Positions 13,242-26,215 are shown, numbered from the whole stretch's first letter. The stretch is 63,514 nt of DNA, filler included, from Choristocarpus tenellus KU-1152 (GCA_964200185.2; 10 parts of 10 records of this genome joined end to end with filler, not necessarily neighbours in it); one strand, 5' to 3'. Numbers and translations: made by a program. The notes: generated by a model from the sequence alone, not told the origin.

Positions 13242-13609
13242 ATGGCAAGCTCATATCGCACTCCCCCCAACCTATGTTCGCCTTCGTTTTCAATTATCAC
13301 ACACACAAACACACACATGAACAAACAAGTACATATGCGCGCGCACACACTGCAGCAAAAAACATACACATGTCGACCCATCAACCCGCACACCCCACCA
13401 CTTCCAACTCAGGCTATCGAGGCTGACTCAGACACACCTTTGCCCGAGTCCCAGTCTGCAACTTCAGATGTTCTGTGGGCCGCCGCTAAGGTGATCGGTT
13501 CAGAGTGCGTGGACCAAAACCTTGCCTTCCTGCGCTGTAAGAAAGGATCCGCTGAGCCCTCGGCGTGCCTTGTGCCGGGCAAGGAGGTCACATCCTGTGT
13601 CTCTAATGT
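13242..13609 (+). CDS. NDUFA8: NADH:ubiquinone oxidoreductase subunit A8 (twin CX9C), 5' part; main exon 13413..13609, probable ATG-only exon 13242..13244
   Basis: TSDVLWAAAKVIGSECVDQNLAFLRCKKGSAEPSACLVPGKEVTSCV has the NDUFA8 Cys spacing and motif. Acceptor CTCAG ends at 13412; donor GTAAGT starts at 13610. No downstream exon found in this contig. Confidence 0.88.
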
Positions 13610-13735
13610 GTAAGTACCCCACTTCTGTGCCAGATGTCGTGGTCATCTCCACATTCATCTTAATTGACTGAGCTCAAGGTTTTGGGTATGTGTTGTTTGT
13701 CGTTCATGAGAAGTTTTTTCCTTTTGTTGAATGTT

Positions 13736-14434
13736 GATACACTTCTGTACCATCAACGTCACCTCTTATCTTTCAACAATCCCCTTCACATCCATCTGCT
13801 GCTCAATCTTGACTTTTGTTTAAGTAACCTGTCTCCACTTTGTTGGCAAGGTACACGAATCCACACAACCCTGCCATGCAAATCCTTCACCTCCTCTTCA
13901 TCAGCCCCTTTCCACTAGGGCCACTCCTCCGACTCCATCACCTCCCGCATCATTCTATTAATAAGTTCAGCTGGAAGTAAATTGGCTTCTCCCACCTTGA
14001 AGTAGGCCAATGAACCTCTTATACCTCATCTGGCGTTATGATGGTTTACTTAGTTTAGTGAAGGGTTAAGGTTGTGTTTCAAACTTGCAGCAACATAACA
14101 CTTCGCGGCTAAACTGATGAACCAATAGAGCGCCGTATGAGGTATGAGAAGATATTCATTGGCCTACTTCCAGGTGGGCGGAGCAATTTACTTCCAGCTG
14201 AACTTATTATTAGAATGATGCGGGAGGTGATGGAGTCGGAGGAGTGGCCCTAGTGGAAAGGGGCTGATGAAGAGGAGGTGAAGGATTTGCATGGCAGGGT
14301 TGTGTGGATTCGTGTACCTTGCCCGACAAAGTGGAGACAGGGTGCTCTAAACAAAAGTCACGATTGAGCAGCAGATGGATGTGAAGGGGATTGTTGAAAG
14401 ATAAGAGGTGACGTTGATGGCACAGACGTGTATC
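13736..14434. repeat. ~700-nt long inverted repeat (foldback) in the NDUFA8 intron; candidate hairpin RNA / miRNA precursor
   Basis: 13845-13957 is the exact reverse complement of 14211-14323 (113 bp) and 13750-13808 of 14362-14420 (59 bp). Imperfect pairing continues to a loop of roughly 16 nt. Confidence 0.95.
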
Positions 14435-15678
14435 CAGACTTGATATTCTTTGTATTGAATCAGGATTGCACTTGCCATATCACTGTTTTTCTTGATTTAT
14501 GTCTAGAAAATGCGGAGTTGCGTAATATAATTCCAATTCCTTTGCATGTTTTTTTTAAACATTATTCTTGCTCATCCCGAAACAGTATCCTATTAATTCT
14601 AATACTTTTTTATTTTGTTAAATATTTTACCGTTTTATGCCCGTAAAAGTGCACACCGAAGAGTTCTGACTATGTCATAACTTGGTGTTTTTATTACTGT
14701 CAGTGACATGTGCTCCGGACAGGAGGGAAGTATAGAAGATTGGGAGGTTGAGTTGAGAGACTTCTTTAGTTACCTTCGCCATTAAAGTTGCAAGGACTGC
14801 CAATTGCATGATCGCATGTTTTCCTCAGAGCAAGAGAGAGAGAGAGAGAGAGAGTACAACTGGGCTGGGACTCAGGACAAGTGAAATAAAGCTGAGAAGT
14901 GCGTCTAGAATTGAACGGAAACAGCCGTATCCCCCTATTTTTCAAAAATATATTTATTAACTATCGATTCCCGACTGGGTGAAGTACACCCCACTCTGGT
15001 CTCACAAGAGAGTAGTATGAAAAGATGGCGCATCAAATTGTACTTTTTATATCTTTTTTTTGTTGTTCTACGTACTGTTCTCCAAAGAGTTAAAAAGTAA
15101 TTATGATTAAATTATGAGAGATATTGCGCGCTCGTCCCTGGAAAAGTAATCATTTTTTTTATGTTTTTTTTTTTTAATNNNNNNNNNNNNNNNNNNNNNN
15201 NNNNNNNNNNNNNNNNNNNNNNTTAATTAATTAANNNNNNNNNNNNNNNNNNNNNNNNNNNNNNNNNNNNNNNNNNNNCGCAAAACAACCATTCTCATAG
15301 TCAAGCTCCATTCTCAATTTTGAGGATCCCCTGTTCAATGTTGATAGTTTCATCAGCTCCCCTGCTGGAGCACAATGTGTGGCTGCTATCTGTTTGAGAT
15401 TTCCTCCTCTATTCCCCCAGGCGCAGTCCCCTCTCTAGTACCTTACCCTCGTCATGGAATGTAAGCAATAACACATATTAGGTAGGGCTGTTGTTGTGAG
15501 TGAGCATATACTCAGTACTGTGTAATAAATGAAGCGCAGAACCACACTCCTACCTTCTCTAAGCCTTATGGTTGCACTAATTTGGCAAACAACAAGAAGA
15601 GTGAGTGGTAAGTTGTTTGTGCTTTTATTGTGTCTTTGTATGATCGAAGTGAACGGTGCAATAGGACCCCAATCGATT

Positions 15679-15928
15679 GACAGGCAAGTTTGGACCCTTT
15701 TTGCATTCCACGTAATCTTCCTTACCCTGTGCTATACACTCTATACCATTGCTCTAATGTGCACGATAGTGGACGCAAATTGACATTCCCCCTTTCCAAA
15801 AAGTGACACCACAATTCAGAGAAGGCTCTTTCTCCAATTATTGTACAAAACAGCATCTTTTTGCCCATTCTCGAGATGATCCTTATTATTAGAATGCAAC
15901 CCTGCCTACCTCTCAGTTGGTTTGACTC
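15679..15928. mobile_element. MITE-like family E, copy 1
   Basis: Collinear with 16113-16358; ends TTTGACTC; flanked by ATT. A more diverged relative lies at ~9666-9970. Confidence 0.7.
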
Positions 15929-16112
15929 ATTAGTATTATTGTACTTTTAGTGAAGTACATCATACGAGAAGTACACAAGAAAGAGGAAGAACTGTTGTTG
16001 TAGGACAAGGAGCCAGTTGTTGCGACAACATTGGGGTATGACATAGATAGGAAGAAGAGTGGTTGAGAGAAGCAGCCATTATTAGTGTTCAGTAGTAGTA
16101 GAAAAATAGAAA

Positions 16113-16358
16113 GAGTCAAAGTTTGCACGCTTTTTGCATTCCACGTAATCTTCCTTACCCTGTCCAATACACTCGATTTCATTGCTTTAATGTGCACGAT
16201 AGTGGATGCAAGTTGACATCCCCCCTTTCCACACACAATGTGACACCACAATTTAGCAAAAAAGGCTCTTTCTCCAACTATACAAAAAACGACATTTTTT
16301 TGCCACCTACCAGGATCCTTAAAATGCAACCCCGCCTACCTCTCAGTTGGTTTGTTTC
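16113..16358. mobile_element. MITE-like family E, copy 2
   Basis: Starts GAGTCAAAG; right end shares CCTTAAAATGCAAC...TACCTC with family C. Confidence 0.7.
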
Positions 16359-16949
16359 AAAGTGAACGTTGACTGAAGATATCTGAGGTCTCAACAGTCA
16401 AAAAGGAGTAATGATGAATTGCCAACGGATTGACGAGAAGGTAGATTAAAAACAGATTACTCTCATGGATAAGATCAACTCACTTCATTCTGAGCAGTGG
16501 GAACGATAACATACACAACCTTCTAAAGAGTACTGGGTGGGGATCATTGTTACTTGAACATGCTATGTAGCAGATCGCAATACAATGCGCACCTGGTCCT
16601 GGTAATGAGGGTAGGTGTTGTTTTATACTTGCAAGGAAGCAGCCCCGCATATCGCAAATTATGCCAATGGGGACAGGCAACATGGGAAGAACTCCTGGGG
16701 GAAATACAAGCAACCTAGCAAGGGTTACTGGACACTCAAGCGTGGTGGAATGCAGCGTGACAGAGGACAGTGCAAAGCTTTGTAGTTTGGAAGAGGTCCG
16801 TAATGGAGGTAGAGTGACGGCAACAATCGACGAGATTGGTAACTCGAGCTTGGTTAGAGTCAAGTCAGAACGAATACTGTGAGAAGGAGTTGTAGGAGGT
16901 GCTCAGTGACAGCACTGCCAACGAAGTTTCCCAAGTTGGATGGAAATGG

Positions 16950-18490
16950 GGATGAATATCTGTAATCCAAGAAGGGATTGCTGTTCCATGGAATGGTGGG
17001 AGGGTGGAAAAATGCCCTGTTGAGGAGTAAACCAATAAGGGTGATGTTGGAAGACTGTGACGATATAGGCTTTCGTTTGATGAGCGTCGTGTGTTAGAGG
17101 CACATACGGCCTTGGCAGCATGGAATGTGGTGTACAAGGGGCAGGCACGGAAAATTGTCGACTTATGTCACTGGTCAAGTGATGCATGGAAAGTATTGGA
17201 GGGCACTACTACGTGCCCACAGACATGACAATGACAGTGAACTTGCGACAGGAGACGCACTTGTTGAACTATCCCACACTGGACCGCGGCTTTTGTGGTG
17301 CTTTAAAGAAGGACAAAGAACAGCTTGATGTAGATGAACAAAGTCGATATTACAAGGGTCTTATGGTCTCGATTCCGCTGGCTGAATATGTGGATGAGAC
17401 GAGCTTAAACAACAATTCATTACTATTCTACAGTGTGGGGTTTGTAATCGTCCAGACTAATTTACTATGAATAACTTATTTACTTGTCTTAAGTATAGAA
17501 AGTGTATCTTGAACATGATAGAAAAACCAATCAACGCTATGAGTCAGTACATAAAATATATCTGTCCTTGCTCTCCATCCTATTATCTAATCCACCGGTG
17601 GTGTCTACGTGTATCAACAGCACTATCTACGAACAGCACTCACAATGCAATGTTGTAGGCGAGGATCCTTCAACAACAGTAACACTCCAAAAATTGTATG
17701 GACTACTGCTTCAACTTCAAGGGGTGGGGGAAATGATCTGTGATGGGGAAGCAGCAGTAGTACTATTGGAAAAGATCAAGGGGCACCAGTTCAAGATGAT
17801 GGGTTTAATTCCCATCAATACTAGAAGGAAAATATCTGGTTCAGAAGCATCCATTCGGAATGGGACAAATCTAACGAGTTAACACTAGGTGAAGTATTTG
17901 AAACATCTCATTTATGATATATAGCGATGCAAATTCGGGCGTATTGTCACCACACACCACCCAAGATGGGATGGCTGACTTTTACATATTTTTGCACGGT
18001 GTGTGTGGTGACTCTTGGGGTGCAAGGAACATGAAGACTTTTGGGTAAAATGTGAACTTTATTACGAGAAAGAGATTGGTTTCACCCCGAAATACATAAT
18101 GGCCTCATAAATAGGGGTGTCAATAAGTGTTTTGTGCCGTCGACACTTTGTGTGACAGTGAACTGTATAGTTGGTATTGTACTTCTGGGGAGGTGCATAT
18201 AAGAAATGAGAAGCGTGAAGAAACGATACAGGAACAAGAGTAAGGAATTGGCATGAGATAAAGAGTGAGTGAGAGTTGTCGACCAAAAGAATGAAAAATG
18301 AATATCAAAGAAGGTTAGGTACAGATTATCTTCATGGACAAGTGGATCTCACTTTGTTCTAAGCAATGGATTAATAACATGTACAACCAACCTTGTGAAG
18401 GATGCTTGGGATCGTCATGACTGCTTTAATATGCTAAATAGCAGACCACCGCCATGAAGTGTGCATCTGGTCCTGAAAGAAAGGGGTTGT
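16950..18490 (+). mobile_element. Ty1/copia LTR retrotransposon relic, internally deleted (gag fused to RNase H, then PPT)
   Basis: Gag UBN2-like ARKIVDLC..SDAWKVLE and GEDP...LQGVGEMICD...VVLL; RNase H-like YSDAN...YIFLHG...SWGARNMKT, STKRMK, TTNL; purine tract GAAAGAAAGGGG at ~18476-18486 followed by TGTT. Confidence 0.55.
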
Positions 18491-18524
18491 TAAGTCCTGT
18501 TTGAGACAGATAGAGGCTTTTCAC

Positions 18525-18860
18525 TGCAAAAGCGACTCTTTCGAGACGCGTCATGTGTTTCAAGCGAAAGACATGAGGCAGGTGGGGAAGAAGGGTCCTG
18601 GCAGATTCTTGGGATGCTTCCCCAGCTCCTCGCCTACCTTAGTAGGGCTAAGCTAGGCTAGAAGCATAGAAACGTACACATTACTTTGTAGTAGTGTCCA
18701 ACCTTTGAATAATTGTTGTATTGTTAGTTTTCAAAAAGTTCGTATTTTTTAGAGAGGTGTCTTAGGACTAATGATATAGTATATTTACAGTTGTCCTTGG
18801 GACGTAGTTTTGTTTTGCCCTGACACATCTACAAAATGCCAGAGGGCATAATATTAAGAT
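18525..18860 (+). mobile_element. 5'-truncated 3' end of the same CRE-like element
   Basis: Shares TTGGGATGCTTCCCCAGCTCCTCGCC and the CCCTGACACATCTACAAAATGCCAGAGGGCATAAT tail with 34194-34445. Confidence 0.65.
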
Positions 18861-21789
18861 GTATACATTATATAATGATTTTCACTCCCTTAAAAGAATG
18901 TTTCAAACTGAGTTTACCATCATGAAGAGCACACTCTAATCGATCCATTCGAACATGATATTCTAGGTGACATTTATTTGTGGTTTTGTCAATCGTGTGG
19001 TTTTGTGGCGGTGTGGTTCGCTCAGGCAAGGGTGGTGAAGAGAATAACTGGTTTATAGATGGGCCAGACGGACCAAGATGAACTGTGTCCGAGAGGACGG
19101 GGTTAAGGTGGGACATGAAGACAAGGACAGAGGAAGTGTAGGGGATCATGGTTCGGATGAGATTAAGAAAAGATGCCTCTTAGAGATGAGAGATTGGCTC
19201 AAAATATCTGGGAGGGGGTGGCGGCTGTCCATTTGGGGTCAATTTTTTCATGTCGCGATTTTTGNNNNNNNNNNNNNNNNNNNNNNNNNNNNNNNNNNNN
19301 NNNNNNNNTTAATTAATTAANNNNNNNNNNNNNNNNNNNNNNNNNNNNNNNNNNNNNNNNNNNNGGGGGGGGGGGGGGGGGGGGGAGGGGGGGGGGGGGG
19401 GTGGGGGAAAGCGGGCATTTGTTATCTGTGCACTGGTTGTGATGCATCCTGTTGGTGTGTGCAGGGTTGGTTGGGTATTGGTTCATTGGATGGCGTTATC
19501 TGAACAAATAGGGAAAATCCTTTGGAATGTATGGCTTCCACCACGACCCCTTTGTAGTTGTGGAGTTCCCTTCTTGCTTTGGTTGTCAAGTAGCTCTCGT
19601 TGATACTTTAGAGCATCCCACATACAACAAGCAGTACATCCTTGCTGAACGGGAAGGGAGGGGGGCTGGGCATAGGTGTGCAAGAAGCAAGAGTCGTAGA
19701 GATAAGCAAGGTAAAAAAGACAGGTGTGATGCATGCTGTAGTAAAATGGTTGGTTTGTTCGTTGGTTGCTTGATTGATGGGCCCATTGTTGTGATTTGAT
19801 TCTTATGCCTTTTTGGATGTGTTTGCTGTCGATTTCAATCTCCTCACATCAATTTTGTGATGGACTAGACAGCGCCTCTTGGTGTGGGAAACCTTTAGTT
19901 GCTCTCGACTTGTTCTCCGCTCTTGACAGAGCATCTAGATGAGGAATTCTCAAGGCCAAGTGTTATATAGAGAAGAGACCAGGAAAGGGGGTGAGTGGGG
20001 GAAGGCAACACCCTTCTGCAAGAGACGGGAGGATAGTGTCAGGTGGCCCGCCCCCTCCACACATTGACACTCATATAGTTGGAAATCCTGGCTTGTATGC
20101 CATACTTCATGGAAAACCTCTGTTTATCTTGATTTTGGTGGTCTGTTCCCACAGTTTGAGTTGAATTGGATTGTAGAGAAGGAAGAGTGTATGGAGTGTG
20201 TGTCCTGCCACTTTGGTGACCACCACTCTGGCACCATGCACCCAGTTCCATGTGTAGAGTTGTGTACTCCCTTGTGCCCCACACCTCCCTGATGTTGCCA
20301 GTTCCATCCTGTTCTTCAAGCACCCGACATCCCCCCCCCCCCTCTCCCCCTTCCCCCTCAGACTTAATTAACTGTTGTGGTAAGATGTAGACACCTGTGT
20401 GTGTATAGCGTGAGTGTACTCTGGTCCACAGGCCAGTGTCTGGTCACTGAGTGTGAGGTTATGTGTTTGTGTGCTCGAAAGGTAGCTTGTGCAGAGTCCA
20501 TTGCGTCTGTGGCATGTTGCCTTTTGGGTGTTTTATATTTATTTTTTGCTATGATGCTTTGTACAATAGTTGCAATGATTTTATTTTTTATGTGGGGGGG
20601 GGGGGGCAGGATGGTCGGAGTGGTTCTTATTGAAGTGAGTGCAGGTAGTCCTCTTGTGCATGTTCTCTAGCAGGGTCCGCTTCCTTTGTTTCCTTTGCCT
20701 GCAATAGCTGGTATGCATGATTGTGTGCGCATGCAGTGCTTTTGTTGGGACACACCATCTGACATTGCCTATAATGTGCATGTATGGATGGCAAAGGTCA
20801 ATGAGGCAGGCAAAGCACTGGGGGGGGAGAGGTTGTTACAGATCTTCCGATTTTCAACATCTTATTTTTTGAGCTGAGTAAGTATTGATGTAAGGTGTAT
20901 AAAAATATGTCATACTTGCTTCCTGACATGTGCACCACCAGCAACAGACAACCAGGGCAAAAGATATTTGGGACACAATTTTAAGAGCCACGCACATGTC
21001 TGCTGATTAGGGGAGGCATCCATCCCACACTCTGGCTGTTCTATGTTGAGGACAAGGGTGTGTGCTGAGAGAACCAATGGAAAACTGGATGGGGGATATT
21101 CCACTGTTCACCTGTGGTTTGGAAGTTCAAGCATCCCAACCTTTAAATCCTCTCTCCTCGTCCCCTTCCCCCCCACTCAGTCACTCTTTGTGAGACCTAG
21201 TGATGTCTTTGAGGGGTTGGGGAGTATCTCTTTTTTTTTTTAGAGGGGGAGATGAAGAGTGAGAGTAACTGATGAGCATAGCAGCATTATTTCATTGCGG
21301 CAAATCAATTGTACGATGGTCTTTCATTTGAGCAGACAACAACCGAGATGACTGTTTAAACTTATTGGTTGATTATTATTCGGTGATGCATCTGCACGAT
21401 TTCTTTTAGGCCTGTTCGTGGTGTGCAGTGATTTCTAATGTGTACCTTTTGCTCTTCATACGTCTCGTTTAATTCAAATAATTTCATTGTTGTGATTTTT
21501 CTTAATCAACTAATTTCCAGCCAACGAATTCAAAACCACTCATAAATTACAGCAGGGCTCGTACAATATACTCTTTTTCTTATAGCAGATATTCCCAGTC
21601 AGTTCTAATGAACTAAAATCCCGCCACTCTGCGACTGTTGGTTGTCCTCGAGAAGTATAATGTTGCCATTGCGGTAGAAGCTTCCGAAGGAAGTTTTTTT
21701 TTCGTTTTTTGTGCGGTAACCAGCTGATCGAGCGCTGCGTGGTTCACATCTTGAGAGGGATTGTCTTGAGCATCTCAATGTGCGGGGCT

Positions 21790-22580
21790 ATGTTGCGCGA
21801 CTTTTGGGCTGATTTTCCCTTGCGATCACTCTCCGGTCTGTGTGGTACTCCATGTGGCACCACGACCAGCATACCCTGGGGACGTTATCCATGCATCCCT
21901 GGTTCCAATCACAAAAAAAATTGCCACATATGCTCCTCGATACATTTTCAGCACATACATGCCAATCATTATTTTGTGCTGAGATCACCCTCAATTGGCC
22001 GAACGTACTTCTTAGTACGACATGTAGCTTATATTTTGGTTTTTCCTAATAATGTGGGTTATATTTTGGGTCAGAGGAAGTATCGAACAACAGTGGTTAT
22101 AGGCATTTTGTACTTGTCCCCGAATGATGACAGAGCGATGCCCTTGCTGTATGTGCTTCCCATGTATATATGCCTTCAAGAGTAGTTTCATATGGATATG
22201 TGTTAGACGTTGCCCTCGGTGAGGCCATGTCGATGAAGTTGTCTGTGGTGGGTGCAGAAAGCACCACATCTGCACCACCCCTGCACGTTATACCAGTGTC
22301 ATATGTATACAATACTTCAACTTTGGTCATTTACACTCATTACGTATGATGTATTGACTCATGTGTATGGTACAACTTCCCAAGAAAAGCATTCGCAAGC
22401 CATTGATTGGATGGCTGGACAGATGACTCACAGTTCGAATCAAATCAACATTCAAAGCCAATCTCCCTCCGATGCCCTGCCCTATGTATTCAACTGTACT
22501 CTACAAGGACCATGTACAGCACATTATCAAAAACGTCAGTATGTATCAAATCTAGCTGCGCCGTCATGCATCCCCATCAC
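21790..22580 (-). mobile_element. Possible piggyBac-like transposase C-terminal relic
   Basis: Cys-rich tail VCAE..SICGNFFC...CWSWCH and a degenerate W..F......VN.Y segment upstream; highly decayed. Confidence 0.3.
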
Positions 22581-22609
22581 ATCCACTAAGTAAAACAACT
22601 TATTCGCTA

Positions 22610-24260
22610 ATTAAAAAATCGCAGATATCCGCTTGTTTGATTGCCCTTGCCCTGATTTCTCTGAGCCAAGTCAGCCTTGCTTTCTAGAGATGGTTCAAAA
22701 CATCATTAATGCTGCACTCTTCGGTGGTTGCATCTAAGCTTGCAAACTCGTTAGCTACTTGAGAGTACGGCGGAGGAATCGAGAATACTGAAGAGGCTGC
22801 TACTTTCCTCACAGTCCCCGATGCACTGCCCCCTCCCATAAACCCATTGTCACCCGAGCTTTCATTGTCAGACTGATACAAGGATTCCTCGAGCAGCTGG
22901 TCTTTCATTTCCTCTAGCATCGCATTGACTACTTCATCATTGTCTTTCACACCGATTCACGCTCTCGCTGCGTCGATGGAACGTACCTCTACTAGCAAAA
23001 TGGCCACCCGTGATAATACAGTACGTCGTACAGACATTGCAGTACGACAGAAAGCGCGCAAAATCTCAAAAAATTCAGTCATGATCCTCATCAGTGTTGA
23101 AACCTGAATCGAATGCATCGTACATGTAAGCAAAATGCGTAGACTACGAGCGATGAGGGATCATGGTGTTGCAAAGCACCGATGAGTAATATGCGTAGTC
23201 TATGTTATGGACGGGTTTGACTGTGCTGCCAAGCACCGATGTGTTTATTCTGTTGTAACTGAGGTCATTGATCTCTCAGTCAAGAATGATGCGATGTGAA
23301 TCCAGTATTCTTGGTTGCTCAATTGAGAATGATGTGAAGTGAATTCAGTGCTCTTTCATGAGATACTCGACGAAATAAGTCCATGCTCTGTGGAGAGGCT
23401 TGTTACCTTGACTGGCAAAGGTTTCCGTGGATGATTTTAGCTCTGATTATATTACATCTAGATGCGTAACTGGTACAACTCATCGTAGTATGAGTTTGGT
23501 GGGTTGTGAGGGATCAATGGCAGTCACGAAAGAGATAATAATCAACAATCCAACGAACTGTCATCTTCTGGTGATAATAAGAGGGAAAGAATAACAACAG
23601 AAGAACAGAACTTGATCCAATATGTGATGAAACCCAAGTGACGAATACTCTACTGTATTATTCATCTAGGACGCAGAGCGACTGTTCTAAACTATGGTGT
23701 TCTGATTGTACTTGATGTGGTGATGATGAGCAGCCAGTGTTTACTGTGATAGAACTTCGTATAAAGGAACAAACAGATCAGTAGTAGCCTATGTTTTAAC
23801 AATCAGCAGTGTAGAAAGACAACTCAATCACAATCACAATCTACTTTCAGACTTTCAATCCACAAGCTAACTCACCTCGACATGTTTGGCACCCCTCGTA
23901 AACTTGGCATCAGGCTTCAGCGTCTGCGCTTTTCTCCATGATGGTTGTTGCCTCCTTTTTCAGCTTGTAGAGGGTGCTGTGACCGATTCCAACTTTTGAG
24001 CAACCGCAGTTCCCGTCATGGTCTTCAGAAGTGTCGACGCTTCCACCTTCTCTGCAAACCTCCAGCGTTGACGATTGTCGGCACCGCGAGGCTTGTAGGA
24101 CACGACTTTCTCCATAAATATATTTGGCAACACCTTCCCCTTGCCCTTGTGCTTGCTATCATGCCGCTTCGACGCGGTGTTGTCACCGGCTGGAGGACTC
24201 GAAACCTTGCACTTGGTGGGCCTCATGTACAATTTGCGCGCGCTTTTCATTTCGCTGGCG
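22610..24260 (-). mobile_element. pogo/Tigger-like transposase relic (N-terminal HTH ~24100-23875; acidic C-terminus ~22950-22610)
   Basis: RQRWRFAEKVEASTLL...TAVAQKL...KFTRGAKHVE resembles a CENP-B N-terminal HTH; C-terminal KQADICDF motif. No DDE core recognised. Confidence 0.45.
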
Positions 24261-24589
24261 CCAAACGATTCAAGAAGCCGCAAATGCAATGAAGACAGCC
24301 ACAACAAACGAGACACTTATGGCATGTATAGTGCGGCGGACCAGTATGTTGCTGCTGGATCCCGCTGCGCAGGGCATCATTATATTTGTACAATGCAATC
24401 GTCTAAACTTGATGTGATATGTTGTATGTACTGTACTACGCAGCACTGAGAGACAAAAGACTGCTATGCTGTGTACTGCTAGTCTCGAGCAGCTTTGTGC
24501 CTTTCTTTGTTATATTTTACTTAACTGTAGACAAAGATTTTTGAGAAACCCCTTGGTCAAGTACACATAAAGAAATGCAAGTTTGCTTG

Positions 24590-25720
24590 ATAGAAGAGAG
24601 AAAGGGTCACCAACTCACGCCCTCAGAGAACTGGAGCTTCATTTTGCCACAGGAATCAACCTAGCCCAGAACCCCAATGGTTTTGTCACATTGGGGGCTC
24701 CTGTGGGAACAGATGGCTTTATCCAAGCCCATATGGCTGAGGTGATCGAGAGCTCTGGGACACGAACTTTGGTCACACACCTTAGCTAGATGGAGGACAA
24801 GCAGGTGGCCTGACTCCTCAACTCCTGGTCCCTCTCCTCCTACATAGGCTATCTTGCGAGCTTCACTCCCCCCTTCCTGGCACACACCACCATGGAGTAA
24901 GAAGATAACACCTCATTATATACACTAGAGAGGATAATGGAGGTAGCAGACTCAACAGAGGCGACGGATTTCTTTTAGGGAGGGTGCAATAATGGGTCTC
25001 TCCGCCTAGAGACCCACCAACAAGTATAGGAACAGATGCCCAAAATGCGGGGGGTCTGGGCCTCTCCTCTATGAAACACCGCCAACATATGGCTTTCGTA
25101 GGATCACTGGTGGCTACTCTCCCCACCCTCCTAGCAAGGCAGCAAGGGCGTCATGGCGAATCCTTCTCACAAGCTGTTTGCATGAGCCCCACAGTACAGG
25201 CTTTAGAATCGTCAATTCACACCCTCCTTTCTACAGATATCCCCTCAGAAGATATTGTAGAAATCATTGGCTAAGACTGGGTAACCTGGGCGGGAACAAC
25301 ATCCACTGCACCTGCCCCGGAGGCCCACATCCTGGCAGTCCATGATGCCAGGATCATGAGGAGCGCTCAACATGAGATCACCCACCTCCTGAACAGGATT
25401 TGTTTGGACTCCTTTCCCCGACACAATTAGCCGGCCTACCGAGTGAAGTACACCAGGGGAAGGAGAGCTCCTCATTAGCCCTAGCACGTCACCAGAGCCA
25501 GTGTGGACAAGAGGCAAACGTATGGGCCTCAGTACAACTCCTAGAGCCAGCATGCCAGATCCCCCCTCAAGAATTCAAGCTTACAGTCAGCAGATCCCTA
25601 GGGAGGGAGGAGACCTTCTCAAACAGGTGCCCAGTGGTGGGGTGCAGGAGGCAAACTGTTGACACCAGACATGCCCGTGCCTACCTCAGGGCAGGAGGAC
25701 AGGTTCGACAGCACACACCC
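24590..25720 (+). mobile_element. CRE-like non-LTR retrotransposon relic (RT C-terminus to zinc knuckle), truncated by spacer
   Basis: GFVTLGAPVGTDGFI, GGLGL, AFVGS and CPVVGC...RHA...GGQVRQH motifs, with stops and frameshifts. Homologous to 33330-33700. Confidence 0.65.
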
Positions 25721-26215
25721 NNNNNNNNNNNNNNNNNNNNNNNNNNNNNNNNNNNNNNNNNNNNTTAATTAATTAANNNNNNNNNNNNNNNNNNNNNNNN
25801 NNNNNNNNNNNNNNNNNNNNCCCAAATGGACGCGGCTGTACCCTCTAAGATACTTTGGCTCAACAGACACGCATAGAAATAAATATATATATATATATAT
25901 ATATATCCTTTGGACGTTCTCCCAAAAGGCATAGATAGTTAAAGTAATTAGGAAAAAAAAAACAGCTGGAGGGCAGTCCGTGCTTAGCTTACACCGTCCT
26001 CCATCGCCTTCCAAGGGATACCGACCAAGATGTGCTATCCTTGCATCGTAAAGTTTTTCCTGGAAAAAACCTCATGGGGCGAAACTAATGTCGTATTGAA
26101 TGGAGGTCAGTCGGAAGATGAATCAGAAGGATGAAAAAAAATCATTCACAGGAGCACATGAACACAGTCCTATGGCTGAGAGGGAAATAAATGCCTGCAG
26201 AATCTTTGGGAGCAC

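Noticed and set aside
14114-14160. CTGATGA hammerhead ribozyme core (also ~21270 and ~37321)
   Set aside because: No properly placed GAAA or three-stem geometry found.
14704-14785. Candidate next NDUFA8 exon
   Set aside because: Translation (DMCSGQEGSIEDWE...) does not resemble the expected second CX9C pair.
19400-21110. Exon-like minus-strand segments
   Set aside because: No coherent frame or family motif identified.
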